Below, piece after piece: positions 1 through 8,955 of a DNA stretch of 64,000 nt. A model generated the notes under the pieces. That model made no database searches, had not been told where the DNA came from, and worked only from the letters and a program-made list of their open reading frames with translations. Made by a program: the position numbers and the translations under genes. Every line of letters begins with the position of its first letter. Position 1 is the first letter of the stretch. Source of the DNA: Patescibacteria group bacterium (lineage in GTDB: Bacteria; Patescibacteriota; Minisyncoccia; UBA6257; 2-01-FULL-56-20); the NCBI GenBank assembly GCA_018971305.1, contig JAGXBC010000001.1:31408-95407 (forward strand). Reading direction: 5' to 3'.

Positions 1-754
1 CGGCCTTGCGCTGGAGGAGATGCGTGACGAAAGTCTTCCGGAACAGGTGGTGCTTGATCTGTTTTTTTATCCCGAGCTTTTCCGCGAGTTCCTGCAGATG
101 GTTCCGGATGTAGCCGCCGGAGCTCCCGCGCACCAGCCTCGCGCGGCCCGATATGAAGAGTGCGGAGTTGTCGTCGCGACGGTTTTCCAAATATCGTTTA
201 AGCCAACACAGGCTACGGTCCGAGAAATATACCTTTTGTCGTTCATGCGATTTCACGTTCGTGATGATCGCCTCTTTTTTCTCCCAATCGACGTCATCTC
301 TATTCATGGGTATGACTTCACCGATCCGCATGCCGGTAGCGTAAAGCACCTCGAGAAGCGTCCGGGTGCGAAGCCCGGCAGGCGTCGAGATGTCGATGGC
401 GTCGAGCAGTTGTTCGAGTTCTTCTTCGGTGAGATATTCGTTTTTCTTCTGAGGCACGGATGGAATCCTTATGTCCTGCCACCTGAACGGAGCCGGTTCA
501 CCGGAATACTTCAGGTATTTCAGGAACTTCCGCAACACAACGACCGAGCGCTGCGCCCCGTACCGGCCGTGTGAACGCCCAGCCTCTATCACCTTCGCCA
601 CGTCGGTCTTCTTGAGATCCGCGATGTCGATGTCGTGGATCGAGTGGGAAAGTGATCCGAGAAGATATACCCGATCGTTAAGAATAGTCTTCCCGCTCAT
701 GCCCATCTTCTCCTGATAGGCTAGGAATGCTTCGAATGCGTTTTTGGTTTTCAT
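1..754 (-). CDS. Tyrosine recombinase/integrase, paralog 1 (partial: C-terminus including the catalytic Tyr lies beyond the window start)
   Basis: Minus-strand translation from ATG at 752-754 gives MKTKNAFEAFLAYQEKMGMSGKTILNDRV...LRTRTLLEVLYATGMRIGEV...HHLFRKTFVTHLLQ. It parallels the adjacent recombinase residue for residue. The plus-strand ORF 20..574 is its antisense shadow. Confidence 0.75.
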   Translation of the reverse strand, partial: MKTKNAFEAFLAYQEKMGMSGKTILNDRVYLLGSLSHSIHDIDIADLKKTDVAKVIEAGRSHGRYGAQRSVVVLRKFLKYLKYSGEPAPFRWQDIRIPSVPQKKNEYLTEEELEQLLDAIDISTPAGLRTRTLLEVLYATGMRIGEVIPMNRDDVDWEKKEAIITNVKSHERQKVYFSDRSLCWLKRYLENRRDDNSALFISGRARLVRGSSGGYIRNHLQELAEKLGIKKQIKHHLFRKTFVTHLLQRKA

Positions 755-1656
755 GGTGCCATATTCCGGCCTCCACCAGTCTTCGGCTTTTTGAGCGTCG
801 CGTTCATGATCTTGGTATGGATCTCTTTCGAGCGCTCTTTGTTTATCGCCGCGTAATAGCGAAGTGTCGTGCGCACGTCCCGATGTCGGGCGAGCTGGCT
901 TACCGTCGCCGGATCCGCTCCTTCCTGGATGAGATGCGTCACGAACGATTTCCTGAAAATGTGGTTCTTGATGTGTTTGTTGATGCCGAGGTGCGCGGTA
1001 TGCGTGCGCAGATACGTGCGGGCCGTGATGTCGAGCAGCCTTCCTTTGCCCGACACGAACAGGTACGGCATGTCGTCCGTCCTCGCGTTGAGATACTTTC
1101 GAAGCCAGAGCAGCGCCCGGTCCGTGAAAAGCACCGACTGCTGGTCTCCATTTTTCGCATTTATGACGACGGCCTCCATCTTCTCCCAGTCGATGTCGCT
1201 TTTGTTTAACGAAATTGCCTCGGAGATGCGCATGCCGGTGGCGAACAGGATCTCGCAGAGCGCCCTCGTCCTCAGCCCATGCAGCTTGCTAAGGTCGAAT
1301 GACTCCATGACCTTGATGAGTTCTTCCTTCGTAAGATACTCGTTGATCTTCCTCGGCACGTGCGGCACTTCGATGTCGCGCCAGTCGAACGGGATCGGGA
1401 CGCTCGCGTCCTCAAGATACTTGAAGAACTTCCGGAGGGTGGTTACGGAGCGCTGCGGTCCGTACTCACCGTGGGCGCGGCCGGCGACGACCACGTCCGC
1501 GATATCTGTCATCTTGAGCGATCCTAACTCACGCTCCGAAATCGAGTGCGAGAACGATCCGTAGAGGATGATCTTGTCCGACGCGATCGTCTTCTGATCC
1601 ATCCCCAGTCGCCGCCTATGGTCGAGGTATCCCTCGAATGCATTTTTCACCGTCAT
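751..1656 (-). CDS. Tyrosine recombinase/integrase (XerC/XerD-like), paralog 2
   Basis: 301-aa ORF with a phage-integrase core: LRTRALCEILFATGMRISEA, HIFRKSFVTHLIQEG, LARHRDVRTTLRYYA (R..H..R..Y signature). Its TGA stop overlaps the ATG of the downstream paralog (ATGA at 751-754). Confidence 0.85.
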   Translation of the reverse strand: MTVKNAFEGYLDHRRRLGMDQKTIASDKIILYGSFSHSISERELGSLKMTDIADVVVAGRAHGEYGPQRSVTTLRKFFKYLEDASVPIPFDWRDIEVPHVPRKINEYLTKEELIKVMESFDLSKLHGLRTRALCEILFATGMRISEAISLNKSDIDWEKMEAVVINAKNGDQQSVLFTDRALLWLRKYLNARTDDMPYLFVSGKGRLLDITARTYLRTHTAHLGINKHIKNHIFRKSFVTHLIQEGADPATVSQLARHRDVRTTLRYYAAINKERSKEIHTKIMNATLKKPKTGGGRNMAP

Positions 1657-1793
1657 TTCTTTTTTTGCCTACAACACAACAAAGCCTTGAACCCTCGAAT
1701 ATAGCAACGCCAGTTATGCACAGCCGAGAAAAGCCTTTAAAAACCTTGCTTGTCCCGCTCCAGGCCGCCATTTCTTGATTGTCGGGGTTTGTT

Positions 1794-2099
1794 TTAGAAG
1801 CCTCGATATTTTGCCTGTGGCTCATCGCTATGGAGGTCGAACTTATCCCACTTGCCAGCAGAATTATTCATCGCAAACTCTATGGCCGTAGCAAGCGCCT
1901 TCCTGATGAGGCCGAACGCGTCGTCTTCCTCAATGAGAGCGCACTCGATGCGTTTAAGTTCTTTCTCGGTCAACTTGCGGCCGAAATTCGTCTCGGCCAC
2001 ATCTTGGACCGTCTCCTGATTAGCCACGTAGAAAGCGACAACGTCTTCGTCTGCCAAATCGATCACCATCGTTTTGTGTATTTGTTGATCGTCGAGCAT
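1794..2099 (-). CDS. Hypothetical small acidic protein (101 aa)
   Basis: ORF starts 5 nt after the stop of the upstream winged-helix gene on the same strand and directly precedes the recombinases; no recognisable motif. Confidence 0.4.
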   Translation of the reverse strand: MLDDQQIHKTMVIDLADEDVVAFYVANQETVQDVAETNFGRKLTEKELKRIECALIEEDDAFGLIRKALATAIEFAMNNSAGKWDKFDLHSDEPQAKYRGF

Positions 2100-2103
2100 T
2101 GTT

Positions 2104-2601
2104 TTATTTTTCTTTCCTGAGCTTCTTTAGTATTTCCTCAAGGCGCCGATCGACCTGACTTGCTCCGGCGCCCTCTTCATCTCGATTGATCTCAATTTTG
2201 TCCCAAAGCCGTTTCTGTCGCGCATGTTTATTGATTTTCTCCATAAATGGTCGGAGGTCGTAGATATTCGTCCGCAGATCGTTTCGCTCATTAATGATCG
2301 CGAGGTATCCTTTTCCGACCAGCCGCTTTTTCGCTCCATGCAGCGTCGTCGGCGTGCAACCGAGCTGTTTTGCAACCTTCGCGATCGGAGGACCAATAAT
2401 GTTGCCGTATTCTCCGTCTTTAACGCGGGATAAGAGCTGCAAGATGAAATCCATTTCAGATATGGTCAGCTGCAACTCGTTTCGGCGCTGAAGAAGAATG
2501 TTCGGGATTGCCGTCATGCCAAAATGCAGCACGTCGTCATCATATGCCGCCTTCCGTGGAATGATATTTTCGTCCTCTGTTTTTTCAGTACTTATGTCCA
2601 T
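2104..2601 (-). CDS. Winged-helix DNA-binding protein (replication-initiator / replisome-organiser-like), 165 aa from internal ATG
   Basis: Internal Met (MDISTEKTED...) chosen. HTH-like segment ISEMDFILQLLSRVKDGEYGNIIGPPIAKVAKQLGCTPTTLHGAKKRLVGKGYL with a basic C-terminal tail; first gene of the recombinase operon. Confidence 0.45.
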   Translation of the reverse strand: MDISTEKTEDENIIPRKAAYDDDVLHFGMTAIPNILLQRRNELQLTISEMDFILQLLSRVKDGEYGNIIGPPIAKVAKQLGCTPTTLHGAKKRLVGKGYLAIINERNDLRTNIYDLRPFMEKINKHARQKRLWDKIEINRDEEGAGASQVDRRLEEILKKLRKEK

Positions 2602-3136
2602 GTCTGTATTTCTCCGCTTTTCTCCGAACAGAGACGAGAAGGGGAAAAGCCATACTCGGCCCTGTTTTTTTGACAAGTTGGTCCGTTGTCTCCCGGCTTG
2701 CCTCACCTTCCGCTCTCCGCAGGTCGCTGCATGCGCCATATTGGGTACGAAGCTGCCGCCGGATAGTGACGACAGTCTCTCGCTCATCTCCGACATAGAG
2801 ACTTTCGATTGCTGTCGAAAGCGCATCGGGGCTGAGTCCGGTCATTTAACTGGCGAGCAGAGGAGGCTGTACCGGTTCGCCGCACCTTTCCCCCACAACG
2901 AAATGCAAGGACCTGCCAGTACGGTGAGACCTGGCAGGTCCTTGCATGCAAGGCCGCACCGTATACTGAAGTCGGTCTTGTACTTCCGACTTCTGTTTTA
3001 CGGTATCAAATAGCAGTGCGGGGTCCGCTGAACTTAAAAACCGCCCGTGTCCCGAGCGGCTTTGCAACTGCCGTATTATCAATCCTTTTTAGAAAATGGC
3101 GTGTCCGCAGAATAGTCAGAAAACAGGTCAGGCCGG

Positions 3137-3697
3137 TCAGCCCAGTTTTATAACAAGTCTGCATTGTGTCCTAGTTCTATCGATCCTAATAGGAATCATT
3201 TTCTCCGCTATCCGCGAATTGAAGCGAGTTATCTGCTTGATAACAGCACCTTCGGTCCGCGCACCAGTCACAAACTTGAGATTCTTTACGGACATAGTCC
3301 GGGGTCTCCGACTCACAATCGCATTGCCTTTCATTTCAAATCTTCCCTCCCATAAGACTTTGATTATTTTAATTATTTTCGTACCTTCCAGATTCTTGCG
3401 GCTATTGAGCGGCAGTGCTTCTTGTCCATTGTTTATGATGATCATGTTGTCGTCAAAACGGACCGATTTGATCTTGATGGGCCCGTCATTGGCAGCAGAG
3501 CTCTTTCGCTTATCCGACGATCCAAACAACGCACGCACGTGTGGCTTCGGCGATACAAGCATCCGCATTTGTCCATCGTGAAGGGGGTTGAGGTATTGAA
3601 AGTCATAATCGCCCGTATTGAGCCCGGTCTCTGTCGTGGTGGGCGGGAAAACTGTTCGTTGCGCCTTTTTACTTTTATCACCGTTGCGATTGCTCAT
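3137..3697 (-). CDS. Hypothetical protein (186 aa)
   Basis: Long minus-strand ORF with an intergenic gap below its stop (3082-3137); no recognisable motif. Confidence 0.4.
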   Translation of the reverse strand: MSNRNGDKSKKAQRTVFPPTTTETGLNTGDYDFQYLNPLHDGQMRMLVSPKPHVRALFGSSDKRKSSAANDGPIKIKSVRFDDNMIIINNGQEALPLNSRKNLEGTKIIKIIKVLWEGRFEMKGNAIVSRRPRTMSVKNLKFVTGARTEGAVIKQITRFNSRIAEKMIPIRIDRTRTQCRLVIKLG

Positions 3698-3952
3698 TTC
3701 ACCGTTATTTCGCTTTATTTTATCGCATTTCTAAAAATAGGGCTACACATTTCGTTCTGAATAAGTTAGCATTCCATCATAACTGAATATGAGGCCTAAT
3801 CCCCGTAGAAATGCGAGGCAGGGCTAAAAATACCAGTCAAGGTCAAAGATCCCATCATGTGGGAGCGCCTTGACTGGTCATACCTCGAAAGGGGTATGGG
3901 TCTCGCAAGAGATCGCCCATGTGGTGGGTTTTTTGATGTTAAATATATCATC

Positions 3953-4330
3953 ATGAAAACAATAACCGATTTAAACAACAAGATGTGGTACAGATTTTTG
4001 AAGGTTTTTTACATCCTTCTAATTTTTGTAGTCATCACCATCACGATTATGATTGGTTGGTCAGACACTTCTTATACGCCATTCGACCCATCTCAGTTTG
4101 GAGCAATACCAGTACAGCCAAAAGATCTTGGCTACTTACCCGTGGACACATCCGCTCCAAACATAAATCAGCTCAGTCCCAGCGACTACACTACGGCACA
4201 GAAATCAAATGGCTTGATGCAGTTCCTCGGTGAGGTTGTCCCGATATTGATCGTGGAGCTATTACTATTTGAGTTTGCCCGAAGAGCTTTCTATTACATA
4301 GTTCTGGGTACCTGGAGGCCTAAAAGATAG
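3953..4330 (+). CDS. Hypothetical small membrane protein (2 predicted TM helices)
   Basis: From internal ATG MKTITDLNNKMWYRFLKVFYILLIFVVITITIMIGW... and a second hydrophobic stretch VVPILIVELLLFEF. Confidence 0.4.
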   Translation: MKTITDLNNKMWYRFLKVFYILLIFVVITITIMIGWSDTSYTPFDPSQFGAIPVQPKDLGYLPVDTSAPNINQLSPSDYTTAQKSNGLMQFLGEVVPILIVELLLFEFARRAFYYIVLGTWRPKR

Positions 4331-4896
4331 CTCCGAGAATATATAGATAAATCAGTTCCATCATTTTCGAATTTCTGATTTTGGTGATTTTTTTCAATTT
4401 TTCAAGTTTGGCGATATTGCTCTCATCGGGTCGAAATCCAATCGGTCCCGAAATGGGAGTTTGGGATTTTCGTCCGGTCTCTTTTTTCAGTTTTTCAGTT
4501 TTATCATAAATGTAGTTTAAGTGTTCAGATTTTGAACATCCTCTCGCTGCTGATTTGCAGTAGATGCAGCGAAAATGCCGTTTCTGATTGTGACACCAGT
4601 TTGCCAGTATTTTTCCAGTATTTACTGGCTACTCATTGCGATATTTTGACCGCACGGCAGTATTTTGGAACGATTTTGACCGGTTTCTTCTGTTCAAATC
4701 ATCAAGTTGGAAGAAATAATTTTGGTAGTTTTTTTAATTATTTAATTTCCCCGATCGCATGTTCAATTTTTGCACATACGAAAACAGCTCCGATGATTCG
4801 GAGCTGTTCGTGTATCCAATTGCTAACCACTCACTCCTTCAATTTGCAACTTAGGCAGTTCATTTTGGCAAAAGGCCGATTTGTTAAGCTTATTAT

Positions 4897-5703
4897 ATGC
4901 CGTTCGTCTCTCTCTCTCTCGTAAATATGATAACGCCACCCGTGCAGTTTCCTTCGGTATTCAAAGATGGGATTGATTTCGCCCTTTCCGCGAGCGTTTT
5001 AGCCATCGGCGTTATCGCCTGTTTTTTCTTCTTTATCGAGTGGCTGAAGCACAAGCACCATAAGTTCCTGCTCTACTGGTCTTTGGGATTTTTAGGAATC
5101 TACTGGTTCCAGATACCGGCTATATTGTTCCATGCTGGAGCCAGTTTCACGTTATCAGATTTCAACCTCTTTTATTCTATATCTTTTCCACTGGCCTTCA
5201 TCGGCCTCGTTGCCATATACAAAGGCATACGCTCGGTAGGTTTTTTGAAGCCTGGCTGGATCAAGAACTATCACCTCTGGATTTGGATGATCCTTTCCCT
5301 CGCCGTATTCGGGACATACGTCTATCTCTTCGGCAGTGCGCCGGACAACTATGTCATTGAGTTCCTGGTCGTCTTCCTCTTTTTCCTGCCGGTTTATTTC
5401 CTCAATATGTACGGTCTGATCCAATGGAAGCGTGACTGGAAGGCAGTAGCTACTAAAACCATCAACGCCGGCATAGTGCTCATGTTTGTAGGCCTGCTTA
5501 TAGGACTATCGGAGAATTTCCTCGCCCTGCGGCAGATACTCATGTACCCTCCGCAGTTCTGGTTCCTGGCCGTCGCTTCGTCGCGGGTTATGTATCTCCT
5601 CCAGTCCGTCGGGATGGTTTTCATGATTACCGGATTTTTCTTCACGCATCACGGGTTCAAAAGAATGAAGTCGGAAGATGTCAAAAGTATTGCCGGGGTT
5701 TAA
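4897..5703 (+). CDS. Hypothetical polytopic integral membrane protein (268 aa, about 7 hydrophobic segments)
   Basis: Repeated 20-aa hydrophobic segments throughout; followed by a terminator hairpin at 5732-5754. Confidence 0.55.
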   Translation: MPFVSLSLVNMITPPVQFPSVFKDGIDFALSASVLAIGVIACFFFFIEWLKHKHHKFLLYWSLGFLGIYWFQIPAILFHAGASFTLSDFNLFYSISFPLAFIGLVAIYKGIRSVGFLKPGWIKNYHLWIWMILSLAVFGTYVYLFGSAPDNYVIEFLVVFLFFLPVYFLNMYGLIQWKRDWKAVATKTINAGIVLMFVGLLIGLSENFLALRQILMYPPQFWFLAVASSRVMYLLQSVGMVFMITGFFFTHHGFKRMKSEDVKSIAGV

Positions 5704-5720
5704 TTATATAAACCGAGGCT

Positions 5721-5754
5721 TTAATAAAAAACGGCTCCGATGTCCTCGGAGCCG
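5721..5754 (-). terminator. Rho-independent terminator downstream of rpsI (usable in both directions)
   Basis: Stem cggctccg(5732-5739)/cggagccg(5747-5754) with loop atgtcct, preceded on the plus strand by an A-run (TTTTTTATT on the minus strand). Confidence 0.6.
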
Positions 5755-5781
5755 TTCGATGACTGTCCAAAAATTATACAC

Positions 5782-6237
5782 TCACCTCTTCGCCCACTGG
5801 GGAGCTCTCCTTGCTTTCTTTAAGCCATATTTCTTTCTCTCAACCATCCTCGCATCGCGGGTAAGCAGGCCTAACTTATGCAAACGTACTCCAAAATCCG
5901 GATTATTTTCGGCGAGCGCCCGGGATATGCCTAGACGCACTGCTTCCGCTTGAGCATTAATTCCGCCGCCGGAAACCTTTACACTGCCGTCGAATTTATC
6001 GACAACTTTTAAGATTGTAAGCGGCGAAAGAACAAGTTCCCTAAGGCGCTTTGTTGCAAAATATTGCTCCGAATCTTTTCCGTTCACGCCAAACTTTCCG
6101 TGGCCGCCAACAAGGCGGACGCGGGCAATGGCGGTTTTTCTGCGGCCTACACCCTCGATATATCTCGCGTGAGATATTTTGACTGCCGGCTCGGCCGCTT
6201 TATGATGAACTGATTTTTTTGGTTCTTTGGTAGGCAT
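5782..6237 (-). CDS. rpsI: 30S ribosomal protein S9
   Basis: GRRKTAIARVRL...GGGINAQAEAVRLGISRAL...YGLKKARRAPQWAKR, the S9 signature C-terminus. Confidence 0.9.
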   Translation of the reverse strand: MPTKEPKKSVHHKAAEPAVKISHARYIEGVGRRKTAIARVRLVGGHGKFGVNGKDSEQYFATKRLRELVLSPLTILKVVDKFDGSVKVSGGGINAQAEAVRLGISRALAENNPDFGVRLHKLGLLTRDARMVERKKYGLKKARRAPQWAKR

Positions 6238-6248
6238 GATTTATTTAT

Positions 6249-6602
6249 TTATGACTTATCATCAGCAACGAAAATCAGATTCTTCAATCTTTTCTGATTC
6301 AAAAAATTTTTAGGCAGCATATGGCGCACAACCTCGCGTAAAACACGCTGGGGGTTTTTTGTCATAGCTTCCTCGAGACTCGTCTCCTTAAGATGGCCCA
6401 TATAGCCGGTGTGACGATAGTAAATCCTCCCCTTCAGCTTATTCCCGGTTACCTTGAGGCCTTTGCAGTTTTTTACAAAAACTTTATCGCTGCCGATTAA
6501 GCGCGGCTCGTAATGAGGATTCTTTTTCCCCTGCAAGATAATAGCTATCTCGGAAGCCAAGCGTCCCAATATTTTATTTTTAGCGTCTATGTGGTATTCC
6601 AT
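6249..6602 (-). CDS. rplM: 50S ribosomal protein L13
   Basis: KILGRLASEIAIILQGKKNPHYEP...YYRHTGYMGHLKE motifs typical of L13. Confidence 0.9.
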   Translation of the reverse strand: MEYHIDAKNKILGRLASEIAIILQGKKNPHYEPRLIGSDKVFVKNCKGLKVTGNKLKGRIYYRHTGYMGHLKETSLEEAMTKNPQRVLREVVRHMLPKNFLNQKRLKNLIFVADDKS

Positions 6603-6606
6603 TTAT

Positions 6607-6960
6607 TTATACAAACTCTATTTTGGCCAGACGGCTGCCATCGCGTTTTTTTGATTTAGAAAGCTTGATTATTCTTAAATATCCCCCCCTCCTCTCGGCA
6701 TAACGCTTGGCGAGATCTCCATAAAGCTTTTCCGCCACAACGCTGTTTTGCGTGCGGGCCAGCAAAATCCGCCTTGATGCCAAGTTCTGCTTTTTGGCCA
6801 TAGTAACCAATTTCTCTACGATCGGCCTGATAGCTTTCGCTCTTATTTCGGTAGTTTCCATCCCGCCAGTTCTTACGAGATCGTTGGCCAGGTTCCTAAG
6901 GAACGAACGCCTCTGCCCGGATAATCTATGAAATTTTTTTCCTTTCTTTAAATGACGCAT
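6607..6960 (-). CDS. rplQ: 50S ribosomal protein L17
   Basis: MRHLKKGKKFHRLSGQRRSFLRNLANDLV...GGYLRIIKL, typical of L17. Confidence 0.9.
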   Translation of the reverse strand: MRHLKKGKKFHRLSGQRRSFLRNLANDLVRTGGMETTEIRAKAIRPIVEKLVTMAKKQNLASRRILLARTQNSVVAEKLYGDLAKRYAERRGGYLRIIKLSKSKKRDGSRLAKIEFV

Positions 6961-7002
6961 AAATTTTTATCTCATTACAATCAAACACCTGTTTGAGTTT
7001 TA

Positions 7003-7782
7003 TTATTCGGCTTTCTCGGCTTTCTTTGAACGTACTTTCTTCTTGGGTGCGTCTTCTGCCGCCGGAACTTTTTCCTCGGCAAGCTCCTGAACGGCAACTA
7101 CTGAAATCTTCTCAAAGTGGTCCTTTAGAACATTCGCCGACTTATGAAGCGCCGAGGATGGGCTTATGGTACCGTCCGTTTCCACTTCAAGGCGCAGACG
7201 GTTATAGTCCGTCCTGTCGCCAACACGCATATCTTCAACCACGAAATTTACTTTGGTAACCGGAGTGAATATGGCATCGATGGCAATCGTGCCGATATTC
7301 AACCTCCCCTCCTTTCTGCTTTCTACGGCGGAATATCCGAGACCACGCTCAACTTTTACCTCAATTTCCAATTCGGCGTCCTTAGAAGTCAGCGTCGCCA
7401 ATGGTTCGTCTGGGTTCATAATCTCCACCTCCGAGGTAGTTTTTATATCGGCTGCCGTAATAACCTTTTCGCCCTTCACCTTCAGAATCAATACCTGCGG
7501 CTCATCGATATGCATTTTAAATCTGAGTCTTTTGAAATTAAGGCTGAGCTCAACCAAATCCTCTTTCAGCCCGGGCAATGTTGAAAATTCGTGCGGAGCG
7601 TTCTTAACTTTTATCTCGGTGACCGCGGCGCCTGGCAAAGAAGACAAAAGGACCCGGCGCAAAGCATTGCCTACAGTAAGACCGTATCCGGCGAATAATC
7701 CCTCAACTTCAAAAGTTCCCTTTTTAGAATCTTCGGAAACTGTTTTAATTGTTACTGTTTCGCTTAGATGGGTAAATTGCAT
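7003..7782 (-). CDS. rpoA: DNA-directed RNA polymerase alpha subunit, short form (259 aa, N-terminal domain only)
   Basis: TVGNALRRVLLSSLPGAAVTEIKV...ATLTSKDAELEIEVKVERGLGY matches the alpha NTD. The ORF ends in a lysine-rich tail with no alpha-CTD. Position rpsD-rpoA-rplQ is canonical. Confidence 0.85.
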   Translation of the reverse strand: MQFTHLSETVTIKTVSEDSKKGTFEVEGLFAGYGLTVGNALRRVLLSSLPGAAVTEIKVKNAPHEFSTLPGLKEDLVELSLNFKRLRFKMHIDEPQVLILKVKGEKVITAADIKTTSEVEIMNPDEPLATLTSKDAELEIEVKVERGLGYSAVESRKEGRLNIGTIAIDAIFTPVTKVNFVVEDMRVGDRTDYNRLRLEVETDGTISPSSALHKSANVLKDHFEKISVVAVQELAEEKVPAAEDAPKKKVRSKKAEKAE

Positions 7783-7807
7783 GGTTTTAGTTTTATTTAC
7801 TTGGATT

Positions 7808-8416
7808 TTATTTGGAAAATGCTTCGACTAAGAGTTTTACTTCGAAAGGCGTTGAGGAGTCGGTAGGAGGAGAAAGAACGCGGCCTTCAAATGTATCCCT
7901 GTCCAAGGCGAGCCATTCCGGCGGTTCGTATTTTTTTAAGATGTCTTTCCTTTTTTCAATAACATTCAAGCTATTATCTACCTTGACCACATCACCAGTT
8001 TTAACTGTAAATCCGGGAGAATGCACCTTCTTACCATTAACAGAAACGTGTCCGTGCACGATAATCTGGCGCGCCGAGCCGCGAGAAGATGTAAAACCGA
8101 ACCTGTAAACGACGTTGTCAAGCCTTTTTTCCAAAAATTCTATCATCTTGGCAGCTGATGAACCTTTGGCCTTCTTGGCTTCCGAGAATATTCTCAAGAG
8201 AGTGCTCTCGTTCAATCCATAGCTCCATTTAAATTTTTGCTTTTCTTTCGTCTGCAATCCAAACTCAGAAACGCTTCTGCGCCTGGCCGACTGTCCGTGT
8301 GCGCCCGGCTTGTAAGGCTTCCTTACCATTGCGCATTTCGTGGAATTGCAACGTTCGCCTTTTAAATGAAGGCGCTCGCCAACCGCTCTCTCTTTTTTTT
8401 CTTTAGGACCGATCAT
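7808..8416 (-). CDS. rpsD: 30S ribosomal protein S4
   Basis: RLHLKGERCNSTKCAMVRKPYKPGAHG...QIIVHGHVSVNGKKV, typical of S4. Confidence 0.9.
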   Translation of the reverse strand: MIGPKEKKERAVGERLHLKGERCNSTKCAMVRKPYKPGAHGQSARRRSVSEFGLQTKEKQKFKWSYGLNESTLLRIFSEAKKAKGSSAAKMIEFLEKRLDNVVYRFGFTSSRGSARQIIVHGHVSVNGKKVHSPGFTVKTGDVVKVDNSLNVIEKRKDILKKYEPPEWLALDRDTFEGRVLSPPTDSSTPFEVKLLVEAFSK

Positions 8417-8471
8417 AAAAATATGGTTTGAATGTAGGGTTTAGATTACAGTGATTATTGATAAAAAGCAA

Positions 8472-8918
8472 CTATACGCGCCTTACTTTGGGCGGCCTCG
8501 GGCCGTTGTGCGGAATAGGCGTAGCATCTTTTATAGAAAGAACATTGAAGCCCTGGTTGATAAGCGATCTTACGGCTGAATCCCGTCCGCCGCCTATGCC
8601 TTTAACTATCACGTTCACATTAACCGGTCCGGCATCCTTGAGTTTCTCCGTGATGGCCGCAATAACCTTGGAAGAAGCAAATGGCGTAGCCTTCTTTGGT
8701 CCGGCAAAACCGAGAGATCCAGCCGAAGCCCAAGCCAGAACATTCCCTGATTTATCCGTGACTGTAACGACCGTATTGTTATACGAAGCGTTCACATAAA
8801 CCCTGCCTTCCTCAAATTTTTTGGATTTCCTTGCAACCTGAGGAACCGCAGCCGTAGCAGCCGGGGTCTGTTCTTTAGATGCCTCTTTTAATGGTTCTTT
8901 TACTTTTTTCTTACCCAT
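8472..8918 (-). CDS. rpsK: 30S ribosomal protein S11
   Basis: Start placed at internal MGKKKVKEP to avoid overlap with rpsM. GRVYVNASYNNTVVTVTD...GFNVLSIKDATPIPHNGPRPPKVRRV. Confidence 0.9.
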   Translation of the reverse strand: MGKKKVKEPLKEASKEQTPAATAAVPQVARKSKKFEEGRVYVNASYNNTVVTVTDKSGNVLAWASAGSLGFAGPKKATPFASSKVIAAITEKLKDAGPVNVNVIVKGIGGGRDSAVRSLINQGFNVLSIKDATPIPHNGPRPPKVRRV

Positions 8919-8955
8919 GTGTTTGTTTATAGGCGCGTTTATCGCCAAAGATATT

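Larger units (their letters stand above)
1..3697 (-). mobile_element. Integrative-element module: winged-helix gene, small ORF, and two tandem overlapping tyrosine recombinases (possibly continuing left of the window)
   Basis: Co-directional tightly packed operon 2601->1 with an ATGA overlap between the recombinase paralogs; followed by hypothetical membrane genes and 566 bp of AT-rich non-coding DNA before rpsI. Confidence 0.5.

Noticed and set aside
20-574. Plus-strand 184-aa ORF (and 727..1209, 869..1564 plus-strand ORFs) across the recombinase genes
   Set aside because: They are antisense shadows of the minus-strand tyrosine recombinase genes, which have clear family motifs; the plus-strand products have no recognisable features.
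2498-3013. Plus-strand 171-aa ORF and minus-strand 78-aa ORF (2846..3082) overlapping the long hairpin
   Set aside because: Low-complexity, Arg/Ser-rich translations with no motifs; they overlap each other and the palindrome, so the region is more plausibly non-coding.
4331-4896. CRISPR array or other tandem-repeat locus in the long AT-rich intergenic region
   Set aside because: Only very short local repeats (ttttcag x2) are present; no regularly spaced direct repeats of 24-48 bp anywhere in the window.
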